Assembly (NCBI RefSeq): GCF_036321535.1
Contig: NC_087436.1
Location: 118,918,001-118,982,000, forward strand
Length of the DNA stretch: 64,000 bases
Direction: 5' to 3'
From: Camelus dromedarius
Taxonomy: Eukaryota
Shown here piece after piece: positions 13,300-23,647 of the stretch; within the stretch, counting starts at the first letter, position 1; the number at the start of each line of letters is the position of its first letter. Below the pieces are notes generated by a model. The model was given only the letters and a program-made list of their open reading frames with translations. It made no database searches and had not been told where the DNA came from. The translations under genes and the position numbers were made by a program.

Positions 13300-13855
13300 A
13301 GCAGCCAAGATGACCTTCAGCAGGTGATGAGTAGATAAACTCTGGTACCTCCTCACAATGGGATACTATTCAATGCCAAAAAGAGATGCGCTATCAAGGC
13401 ATGAAAAGACATGGAGGGACCTTAAACGCCTATGACTAAGTGGAAGAAGCCAGTCTTACACAGGCTCCATATTATATGATTCCAATTACATGACATTCTG
13501 GAAAAGGCAAAACTATGGAGACAGTAGAAAGATCAGTGGTGACTGGGACTGGTCAGGGGAGGAACAGGAATTTGAGGGCAGTGGAGCAACTCTGTGTGAC
13601 ACTACAATGGTGGACACGTGTCATCATACGTTTGTCCACCCCTACAGAAGGCACAACACTGAGCGGGAGCCCTCACGTAAACTATGGACTTTCAGTGATG
13701 ATGATGTGAGCACGCAGTTCTTTGATCTAACAGGTGTAATGAGGACACTGACCGTGGAGGAGGCGCTCGTGTTGGAGGGTAGGGGGTGTGTGAGAAATAG
13801 CTGTACTTTCTGCTCAGTTTTACTGTGAACCTGGAACTACTTTAAAAGATAAAGT
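13300..13855 (+). mobile_element. Old L1 3' UTR fragment (L1MB/MC-like)
   Basis: gattccaattacatgacattctggaaaaggcaaaactatggagacagtagaaagatcagtggt, ending ctgtactttctgctcagttttactgtgaacct. Confidence 0.8.
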
Positions 13856-14366
13856 CTATGTTTTAGAAAGAAGAAGAACCCCCCCAAAAAGAGTAAAGTC
13901 AGCACCTCCTCCAGGAAGCCTTCCTTGACTACTGCAGGCTGCAACAGTTTCTTCCTGTGCTGGGAATCTGTAGGCCAGCATGGCTTCTCCCCGATTATTC
14001 CATTCCTGTTCCCCAACAGGTGGCTGGAGTTTTCCAGCTTCTGAACCAAACCAGCCCATAAGCCCCTCCAGGGCAGGGATGGGGTGGGAAGAGGGGGTGT
14101 GCCTTAGACCCTTCTGTCTCTTGCCGTGAGGAAATGTGTAGTAGTTTCCCGGCAAATGTTGCCCTTGCTGCTGTGTCCAGCCCTGGTGACACAGAGCCAT
14201 GTGGCTTGTCGACCAAACCAGCTGCCCTCACCGATGCCATGGCCAGGCCCCAAGCTGGCTGCTTTTGTGGACACCCCGGATCCCAGGGCAGCAGGCTGAG
14301 CCCATTTCCCAGGTGAGTGGCCCGAGGCTTGGGGCAGGGGTGCACCTCCCTGGCACTGCTCAGTGA

Positions 14367-14680
14367 CTGTGCTGGTTATGTGTCGATTTGACTGGACTGA
14401 AGGGTATCCAGACAGCTGGTAAAGCACCGTTTCTGAGTGCCTGTGAGGCTGTCTCCAGAAGAGATTAGCATTTGACTTAAGACCAAGTAAAGCAGGTCAC
14501 GCTCCCTTGTGCGGGCGGGCATCATCAGTCCACTCAGGGCCTGAAATCACCCTGCTCCAGCTGGGATGGCCACCTTCCCCTGCCCTCGGACATCGGCTCA
14601 GGCCTTCTGACTTGGTTGCGAACCACCACCAGCCTTCCTGGGTCCCCAGCCTCAGTAGATGGTGGGGCTTCTCTGGGACG
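14367..14680 (+). mobile_element. ERVL LTR fragment (MLT2-like)
   Basis: tatgtgtcgatttgactggactgaagggtatccagacagctggtaaagca...gagattagcatttga. Confidence 0.65.
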
Positions 14681-15472
14681 TGCTGCCCCCCCCCCATGTG
14701 GGCATTTGTCCTTCCTCTGCCTCCAAGCTGCCTTCGCATCCTCAGCGCTCTTTTTTCTGGTATGAAACTTCTCAACATACTTAGTGACTCATCCAGAGGC
14801 CCTTAAGTGGCAGTCACTGCCTCCAGAGATGAGTAAATCACGACTCAGACTCACGGGGGCTCAGAGCTGCCTGGTGACAATGCAGTGTGGGAGGGTGTCT
14901 GGGGGAGGGGTATGTGGAGGTGCAGGAAGGTGCGGGGAGCAGGGCAAGGGGCCCCTGATATTACATCCAGCCCTGGTGACACAGAGCCTTGTGACCAGCT
15001 CCAAGCCTCCTGTCGGAACTCTGGCCACTTCTGCTGCATTTCCAAGGAGACTGCAGAGTGGACTGTGAGCTCAGGTTTATAAAGGAAGATAGGAAAGGAG
15101 GGAGGGGGAGGGGGATGGTCAGGGAAGCGGGAAGAGAGATCTTGGAGACCCTCCACCTCCTTGGAGACAGAGGGAGGCCACCCGACCCATCAAGGTTAGG
15201 AAGATCCACTGAGCTGAAACACTAAAGAGAGCTTCCTGTCTTAGACGTGGTCAGGGGCAGGTCGGCTGGCCTCCAGGAGGGAGGCTGGGAAGGGGTGGGT
15301 AGCATGGCCAGAGTGCGCTCCAGACCTTGCTAAATGCTGAATGTGGTTCCTCTACTCCCATCTGCCCAGGACTCTCCATAAATCTAAGCTGCTGGTTCTG
15401 TTGGCCTGGGCAGGACCATCTCTCCAGGTGGTTTAATATTCATGCAGCTGGGCAGGAACCTGCAGCCTGAAG

Positions 15473-15700
15473 CAGGGCTCCTCCAACTTTACCATCAACA
15501 TGCGTCACAGGGGTGTCTCTCTGAAAGGAAGACTCTGACTCAGAAGGTCTGAGGTGGGACGGCTTTCTGCATGTCTAACAGGTGCCCAGGTGAAGGATGA
15601 AGGATGAAGACCACACTCTCAATTGCTCACCTCCACAGTCACAGGTCTTAAATTTCTCTGACCATCTGAACCCCCCTGGGAACCTCTTAAAATGCAGATA
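15473..15700. mobile_element. MER5-like hAT-Charlie MITE fragments
   Basis: gactctgactcagaaggtctgaggtggg...ttctgcatgtctaacaggtgcccaggtga, then cctcttaaaatgcagat. Confidence 0.55.
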
Positions 15701-16054
15701 CGTGGGTGGTCCTGGGGTCTCACGATCCTAGAAGCCCAGCGTGCGACCAACGTGCCCTATGTGCCCAGTGGGCCACACACTCGGGACCTAGGTCATTCAA
15801 AGGACACTTCCCCAACTCTCAGTATGCGTGTTTATCCTCCTGGGACCCACAAGAGGGTGATTTGGCCCCTTGATTCTTTGATTTTGATGAGAATTGGTTT
15901 GAATGCCAATGGGTTGGTTCAGGACTTGGGTTATATTTATCCAAAGGCTGCCCTTGCAAGGGTTGGAATTTCCATGCCTCCCCAAGCTTCATCTTCAGGA
16001 CACCAGTGCACACTAGGTCACGACAAGACTACAGTCCCAATACAACATTAGGAT

Positions 16055-16502
16055 TATATTAGTTTCCCGAGGCTGCTACCAGGAGCAAATCACCACAAAA
16101 ACTCAGTGGCTTAAAACAACAACAGTTCTGGAGCCAGACTCTGAAATCAGTATCATTGGACCAAAATCAAGAATCCATTTCCTTCCAGTATCAGTGGCTG
16201 CAGGCATTCTTTGGCTTGTGGCTGCATCACTCCGATCTTCAAGGCCAGCGTCCTCAAATTTCTCTCTGCTCCATCTTCACATCGTCTGCTTTGTCTGCCT
16301 CTGCCCCTCTCCTTCAAGGATGCTTGTGACTGCCGTTAGGGTCCACCTGGATAATCCGGGATAATTGCCCCAGCTCGTGTGATTATATCACATGTAGTTT
16401 AGTCACATTTGCAAAGACCTTTTTTTCCCAAATAAAGGGACATTCACAGGTTCCAGAAAGTAGGACCTGATACCTAGAGGGACTTTTTTTTGCCTAATAC
16501 AC
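16055..16502 (-). mobile_element. MaLR solo LTR (MLT1-like)
   Basis: tattagtttcccgaggctgct...caaatcaccacaaaaactcagtggcttaaaacaaca...tcacatttgcaaagacctttttt...cattcacaggttccag. Confidence 0.7.
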
Positions 16503-16986
16503 CAATGGTCTGAAAAAGGGCTCAACTCTGCTGTCCTTCAGAATATAACTCAACAACTTCCTCCCTCACTTCTCTTTGTATGCTTGGCATGTAGCCCAAT
16601 GCCTGGAACTGACAGGATGTCAATAAATTTTTGCTGGGTAAAGTGAAGCGGGCTTTAAATAGGACTAGGGAAGGAAGCAGGCAAGCCCATGAAAGCAGAA
16701 TCTGAAAACGGGGAGGAATCAGAGGACTGCAGGTGGGGCAATAGGGCCGAAGGGTGGAAGGCATTTTCAGATGTCACACTAGAGAGTCTGGACATTGTCC
16801 TGAAGGCAGGAAAGAGCTCCTGATGAAGCCATTCATTCATTCAAAACTCAACAGCAAAGCATAGGCTTCAGCTTTGTGGCGCCATGAAGACAGGCCTCCT
16901 AGAGAGATGGCATTGAATTAAAACAAGAGCTGTGTTTTAGTAAGTTCTCTCTGTATTTGTAAGTTATTGCTCTCGGAGTTTGGGGC

Positions 16987-17430
16987 TGTATTAGGGGTCT
17001 ATAGAGAAAGAGAACCAATAGGAGATATCTAGATCTTTATCTGTATCTGCATCTATCTTTAGAGAGAGATTTATTGTAAGGAATTGGCTCGTCTGATGGT
17101 GGGGGCTGACAAATCCAAAATCTGCAGGGCGGACTGGAGACCTAGGGAAGAGTTGATTTTGCAACTCAAATCTGAAGGCCGTCTGCTGGCAGAGTTCCCT
17201 CGTCCTCAGGGGGAGGGGAGGGGAGAGTGGGGGACTTTGGTCGTTACCTCTTAAGGCCTTCAACTGATTGGGTGAGGCCTGCCCACATTGCACAAGGTCA
17301 TCTGCTTTACCGAAAGTCTCCTGATATAAATGTCACTTGTATCTCAAAAATATCTTCACAGCAACATCTAGGACTGGTGTTTGACCAAATCTTGGCCCTG
17401 CTGAGTTAACACATAAAAGTAACCGTCACA
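16987..17430 (-). mobile_element. ERVL solo LTR (MLT2-like)
   Basis: tgtattagggg...agaaccaataggagatat...aaggaattggctc...gttaacacataaaagtaaccgtcaca. Confidence 0.75.
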
Positions 17431-17434
17431 GCTG

Positions 17435-18960
17435 CTATATTTTCTGGTTCATTAAGATTTATGACTGTTGAATCTTTATGGATTGCACCTTGCACCATTA
17501 CATAATATCCCTCTTTGTTCCTGTGAATGCTTTCTGCCTTGAATTCTTTATGCACCATTAATCTGTCATTCTTGTTATTTTCTTAATTTCAGTTTTCCAA
17601 TATTGTCCACTTTGGGCCTCTATTTGTCAGCATTTTAGGTGCATTCCTTTTAAATTACACTTACACTGCATTTTGATTTTTATCCCAGTCTTATTAAGGG
17701 CTTTTGATAGGAAATTTGGCCCATTCACATTTCTTTTGAAAGTTAATATCCAAGATTTTAAATTTTTTCATCTTTTATTAAATTTTGTTGTTACTGCCAT
17801 TATTTCCTCTTTCCCCCATTTCTTAATTTCATTTCTTTATTCATTCCCCCAACGCCCCAACCTCCACCCACGAATTCATAAGTTCTAGTCTGCTTTTTTC
17901 CCACTAGTTGGTGCTTTCCGATTCCTGATAGTCACAATTAAACCAATATTTCCCTGTTAATGTATGAAATGTAAAGGGTAACAATGCTGTCCCCCGCCAT
18001 GATATCGCCCTACCCCACCTCCCGGCACCAAATCAGATCCCTGTACTTCTCCACTCCACCCCTTGCTCCCTCAAGTCCTGGGTTTTGCTAATATCAATTC
18101 TATTGTTTACTTCCAGGCTAACACAGGTTTCCCTCACAGTAAATGGCTTGTTTCAAGAATCCCTGCTTAGCAATTATCATACAGAATCCCAGGCATATTT
18201 ACATTAAACCACATATTTTGCAAGGGTCACTGTTTACCACCATTTTCTGTGCTCCATGTCTGTTCTATCTCAAAAGATTGAACTGTGTCAAGAGAGGGGA
18301 TCTTCCATGGATGAAAGATGCCCTCTCTGTGTCTTCCCATGTTGGATAATTTCTTTCTTTTGCCCTGACATATTAATTCCATCAGAGCAGGTGAAAGCCT
18401 TGTTGATCAGAAAATCACAGTCCCTGGACATCGTTCCAAAGTCCCCTAGGAATCTGGCACCACCCTGTCTCTCCTTCCTCTGGACGTCACTGATTCTTTC
18501 TGGAACTCTGCACGATTTTCTCTTTATCTTGGAGGTGGAGGCTTCACAGCATAGCTTCAGCCCAGAGACATTTTCTTCTAGCACTTCTTTCATTTCTGTT
18601 TTTCTCCAGCTCCTTTTGGAGTGCCTGTTCTCTACAAGCTGTACCTCCTGGAATGCCTGCAAGGGTCTCATTTTCTTCCTGATGATTTACATGTAATTTT
18701 CCTCTACACATTTAAAGGCACTTACTCCTTGTTATCCTCCAGTTTGCTAATTTTCCTCACCTCAACTGTTTTCTTTCTGAATTTACCTACTTATGACTTC
18801 TTAAGTTTTTTCCATTCCATGGCATATGTTAAATGTTTCTATGCTTTGACTGAGGTTCATTTTCTCTCTCTCATCTCCCAGGGAGGAATTGTTCAATCTG
18901 TCCTCTTCCCTCTGTTTATTGAGCTCCTTCAAATGTTTTGGCCTCTATGTGATGGATGTT
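17435..18960 (-). mobile_element. Highly decayed ancient L1 remnants
   Basis: Long T-rich, CpG-poor tract typical of antisense old L1. No intact frame. Confidence 0.4.
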
Positions 18961-20606
18961 TGGTGCCAAGGACCAGGTCATGATGGTCTTTTGGGCAGTG
19001 ACCAGCCAACAGGGGTGGATTACGAGTTGTTTCTGTAGACAGTGATGAATGAGTTGGAAAAGTCTTACTGAGATGCTGGGGGTTGGTGTCTCTGCTCCCA
19101 GCTTCCCAGGGGAAAGGAGGGCTGCTTGGTTCCCAAGGGTACGTTGCAGGAGCCATTCAGATCAGTTCCCAGCTCTTGGAGATGAAGGAGAGGATGGGCA
19201 GTAAAGATGGGTGGGTTAGAAATAAAAGAAACATCTTCTTAGCTTTTCAAAGAGCTGCTAAGCTCCCAATAGATAAATGAGAGAGAGGATGCTTCTCAAA
19301 ATTGAGAAACATGAAACATCCGGCCCCTTAGTTACTGTAGAAATGCAAATTACAATTGTAAAGAGACCATTTTTCACTTACCATATTAGGTAAGCATAAA
19401 AAATAAAATGTTTCCCAAGCTGGTGTGTGCCCCTCAGAGGTAAACAGGAGGCAACTTGGAGGACCTTGTTTTGGTGAACTATATCTATACATCTGAAGGA
19501 CCCTATCAAGATCCAGTACTCCTGCTTCTAGGACTTTGCCCTCATGAAATAGTCATGCAGTGCAGTCGCGGTGACTTTTGAAAATCCTTTCTTAAATATG
19601 CGTAGGCCTCAAAATGTGAATGGTAATAGCCTTTGAGTGATTTTTTCCCCTTCTTTCTATTTTGTGTAATTCTCCAGATTTTCTGTGATTAGTATAAGGG
19701 GGAAAAGCACTCTGTGTGACTTTGGACAAATGACCACCTATGTCTGAGCCCCAGTAGTCTCATCAGTAAAAATGAGCCTAATGCCGCCTGCCTCACAGTG
19801 TCATTGGGAGGGAAATAAAAAACCTCGATGTGTGAAAGCTCCCCCCAAATTGAGCCTGGAGCAGAATCTTTGCTCCCGACATGTGAGTAGCATATTTCCG
19901 GCAGCCATTCTGAGCTGCAGTTTCTCCAGCAATAACCCAGGACAGGCAGTTTAGGTTGGCTGTGAGGACCAGACATAGGGCAGACACAGCCCTGGGGGTC
20001 CGCGGCCACCAGCCAGGGCTTCACAGTCCCAAGTGTAGACCTTTGCCCTCATTTCCAAACTACATCTCTCAGACCTCAGGCCAGGGTGGAAAGAAGAGGG
20101 TTTCCGAACCGGCTGAGCCTTGTACCACTCCCTCGGCTAATAATATATATTCTTAAACGAATCCCACAATTACCTTGTGAAAGCGTGATACATTGCATTT
20201 GATTTTATGCATTTAAAGCAGCACTTCGTTACAGGTACGCATTTAAAATGGGCCACATTTTTCTATCCCTGCTACTGTCTTTGGAATTAAGGCGTCTGGT
20301 ATATAGTGGGCGCGCAACGTGTTAGTTAATATTGCAATAGTGATGATAATGAATCTGAAGTTGAGGACACTGGGGCCAGAGTAGTGGGTTAAAGGTGGGT
20401 CTGTCTCACCCAAGGGTCCAATCACCTGTTAACGCACCGAGGTGAGCTGCTTTGCCCAGCTAACTGACGCCCTGTGGGCGTGGTTTGGTGGGCGGGGCGG
20501 GGCCGGGCCCGAGTCCGCTCGGAAACTTTCGTTGTGGGCGTGTCGGGCCCGCCCTCCTGGCGACCTCGAGCCTGGAGGCGAAGCGGGCGAATCGGCGACC
20601 GCCAGG

Positions 20607-20625
20607 CGAGGCGCTCTGTTATTGG
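20607..20625 (-). promoter_or_regulatory. WFS1: ERSE-like ER-stress response element
   Basis: Minus strand reads CCAAT-AACAGAGCG-CCTCG, i.e. CCAAT-N9-CCACG with one mismatch. WFS1 is an established UPR-inducible gene. Confidence 0.7.
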
Positions 20626-20749
20626 CAGGGGAGCCGGTGATTGGCAGGCTTGCCGGCCACTCAGCGGGCCGAGGTGGTGCCGCGTCCTCCGGGCCGTGTC
20701 GGGAGTGGAGAGCGTCGTGTGGCCCCGCCCCCATCCCCGCCCCTCGCCG

Positions 20750-20913
20750 CGCTGGGGGCAGCGCTCGCCAGCTCCCACTGTAACCAGTCCTGGCCGCTGG
20801 GTCCCGGCCGCACGTCTGCGGGCCAGGTGCATTTAACTCCTCCAGAGCAACTTTGCGGCGATCCCGGAGGTCCACGGGCGTCGCGGCGCCGCGTGCGGCT
20901 CACTCGCGGGCGG
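20750..20913 (+). other. WFS1: WFS1 exon 1 (non-coding 5' UTR); start approximate
   Basis: Ends at a strong donor CGG|GTGAGT (GT at 20914-20915). The preceding ggcgtcgcggcgccgcgtgcggctcactcgcgggc resembles the recalled 3' end of human WFS1 exon 1. No upstream ATG seen. Confidence 0.75.
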
Positions 20914-23424
20914 GTGAGTACTTCAGGGCAAGGGGCGGTCGCACGGAGTGCTGGAAAGAGACCTGGGAGCGCCTGGAGTTGTCTCCCTCCTCGGGCCTCA
21001 GTTTCCCCATTTGAGTGGATGGGTGGCTGGTACCAACGTCTCCTGCAAGTTCCCCAGAAGTTGGAGGGCCGGGGTCTCGCTCTCTCCGCCACTCACGGCG
21101 GCCCCTGCCGGCGCCCCGATGGCGTCTTCCTCGAGGGGTGCGCGCCCCCTCGGCCCCAGTCCCGGTACCTGGGGACATCTTGGGGCACAGCGCGCTCCGA
21201 GCACTGTCACGCCCGCGAGCCTCGCTTCGAAACCCTATTGCCGGCGGGAAAACCTGCCCCAGAGGCAGACGGCTTGTAGTGCTGGGGACCCGGCGAGTGG
21301 CAAGGGGTGCGTCCTCCCCGTGCCCCACTACATCAGTCTGTAGTTGCCCTGTCATGGCCCTTCCCCCGCGGCCGTCGCCTCTGGAAGGCGCTAGGGCCCC
21401 TAGTTGGGGGCTGCAGGAGGTGCTGGGGGTTCATTCCCCAAGTGGGGACCCTCCCACCTGAGGGGGCAGCTTCTGGGTCAGGCTGAAGCCCCCACTGCCC
21501 ACGTAGAATCTGTGTGGCAGTTACTCCCCCAGGGGTTCCTCCTCAGTAAGGGGTAGTGGGGGGAGGCAGGAGCAGCCCCTGGGTCCTGGCTGGTGTAAAC
21601 CCTGCCCTCTGGAATATCAGTTTATGTTTGGGTAGATGGAAACTTTCTGGTGAATCTGACCCAGCCCTTTTGAGTGTGATGGAGCTGGACTCTCCCACAC
21701 CATTTGTTATAATTAATGTTAAGAAATTCCAAGAAACTGACATTTGTACATTTGGCCTCCAGGTAGTCTTAGGGGTAGAAATTATAGCCCCATGTGAAAC
21801 ATGAGGAAGCTAAGGCTCATTGGGGTTTGGTGATCTGCCCAAGACCACACAGATGATTGGGCAGAGCCTAGTGGGGCACCTCTGCCTCTGGGCAGGCGCT
21901 GAGAACAAGTGCCTGCCTCTCCTCACCTTGGACAGTGACCTTTGGCATTTGGCCCATTTGTAAAGGGCTTTCCCTTCTGCCGGGTTCCATCACTCAGGGA
22001 GCGATGCCCTGGGTACCCGGTGTGCTGGCTGCCTGCCCTCACTGCAGCCCCAGTGAGGGAGCCATGCCAACAGAAGCCCAGAGGCCACGCTTGTCACTGC
22101 CCATCCTGTCCCCTCTGTCTCCAAGAGGCTGTGATTCTCACAGGAGCCCCTACGCAGCTCACCAGGGATTCGGAGGAAGGTTCCTTTATACGCTTGCTCC
22201 CCCAGCAGATGGACCTTTGACTGGACACAGGAAAGGTTGCTGGGAGACCACATCTCATTTTTCCCTGGATAGAAGAGTATGTGGAAGGCTCCCCACTCAG
22301 GCCTCCCCTGTCCCTCCCAAGCCAGGGCTGGACTGGCCTTTGGGGTTGGTCTCAGCTCAATCCTGGGCCCCCAGAGTGCCTGTGCTATGGGACAGAGACC
22401 AAATCCTGGTCCACGACAGCGGTGATGAGAGGAAGCATGATAAAAGAGGGAGCTTTGTGCCTCATACAGCCCCCTCTCTTCCCCTAGGTCCCTTCCTCAG
22501 AGAGTGGCACCACCACCATGGTCCCCAGTCACAAACCAGGCTGCACTCTGCTTCCCCACTCTCACATTCATGGGTGATGCTTCTGTCTCCTGATTTGGGA
22601 GCTGGGCTCTGATGCCTGCCCTGGGCCAGGCCTCCTCACTTTCCCTGCAAGGCCACCCAGCCCCCTCCCTGGTCTCACTGGCCTGTCCCCACACAGGCTG
22701 GTGGCTCTTTACCTGCCACTGCCCTGCAGCCCTGCCCTGCACTTCTTCTGCCCTGGCTCAGCCCCAGCACTCAGCCTGGCGCTTGTTCAGGCCCTCGGGG
22801 CCTGCCCCAGGTTCCTGGCTGCCCATTCAGCCTCTTTTCTCCTTCCCGTGTCCCCTCCCAGAGTCACTTCCCAGCCGCCTACACCTTCCTGGCCACAGTG
22901 CTGGCATGTTCTCTGTCCACTGCCTTTTCCCCTGGGCAGTCCCCGTTGAAATGCCGACACACCTGCATTCTTTCCTCCCTTCACCCTTGTCTGGCTCGTG
23001 CCTGTTTGTCCTGAAGGCTTAGCCAAGGCCTCTTGTCCAGAGTCCCCACCCTGCCCCTTTCCCGCCACTGAGTGTGGCCCCTCCTGTGCTTGCAGCCCCC
23101 AGGTGCCCCATCACTGTAGTTGTCTGCTTACATGTCGTCCTTCCCATCTGGGCTGAGTGCTCGAAGGCCAGTCCTGCGGGATCTTCTCTGGGGCAGGATC
23201 GGCCCACAGTCCGTGCCTGCTGACCAGCCCAGGCCAGGCACGGAGCATTCCCAGATCGACTCCCTCTTTGTCCTGTGAACTTGGCACACTGGGTAGAGCT
23301 GGAATGTTCCTTGGTTTGGCCCTTAATACTGTGGGGCAAAAATAGGTACCTGGGAGTCTCCAAGGGCTTCGTGCCCTTGTCTTAAGGAGCAGCGCTGTGC
23401 CAGGTGGCAGGGCCGGGCTGGGCT

Positions 23425-23514
23425 GTCCAGGCCGGAGCAGATTTCCCAGACCCAGGGTACCCCTGAGCCGTCCAGGCCGGAGCAGATTTCCCAGACCCGG
23501 GGTACCCCTGAGCC
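23425..23514. repeat. 45-bp tandem duplication (2 copies, 1 mismatch)
   Basis: gtccaggccggagcagatttcccagaccc(a/g)gggtacccctgagcc at 23425-23469 and 23470-23514. Confidence 0.95.
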
Positions 23515-23546
23515 TCTCCCTCTGGGCTCAGTTACAGATGGGTTTT

Positions 23547-23647
23547 ACACTGCTTGTTTGTTTCTTTTTAAATGGAGGTACCGTGGATGGAACCCAGGAC
23601 CTCCTGTATGCTAAGCATGTGCTCTACCACTGCACTATACCCTCCCC
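23547..23647 (-). mobile_element. tRNA-Ala-derived short SINE (camelid Vic-1-like) with 12-bp TSD
   Basis: Minus strand GGGGAGGGTATAGTGCAGTGGTAGAGCACATGCTTAGCATACAGGAGGTCCTGGGTTCCATCCACGGTACCTCCA plus A-rich tail. TSD cagatgggtttt (23535-23546) / cagatgagtttt (23648-23659). Confidence 0.85.

Larger units (their letters stand above)
20440..21400. promoter_or_regulatory. WFS1: CpG island / TATA-less promoter of WFS1
   Basis: Abrupt rise in GC and CpG density. GC boxes at 20490-20502 (gggcggggcgggg) and 20723-20731 (ccccgcccc), and two inverted CCAAT boxes (attgg at 20621-20625 and 20640-20644). Boundaries approximate. Confidence 0.9.

Noticed and set aside
1..20400. Additional protein-coding gene or novel system upstream of WFS1
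   Set aside because: The region is dominated by repeat fossils with no supportable exon chain. A lncRNA cannot be excluded from sequence alone.
20422..21461. Cluster of overlapping 110-210-aa ORFs in the CpG island
   Set aside because: The DNA is stop-poor and GC-rich. The products are Arg/Pro/Gly-rich with no homology signal.
23574..23647. Possible tRNA-Ala(AGC) gene
   Set aside because: The B box is degenerate (GGTTCCATCC), and the A-rich tail and TSD indicate a SINE.
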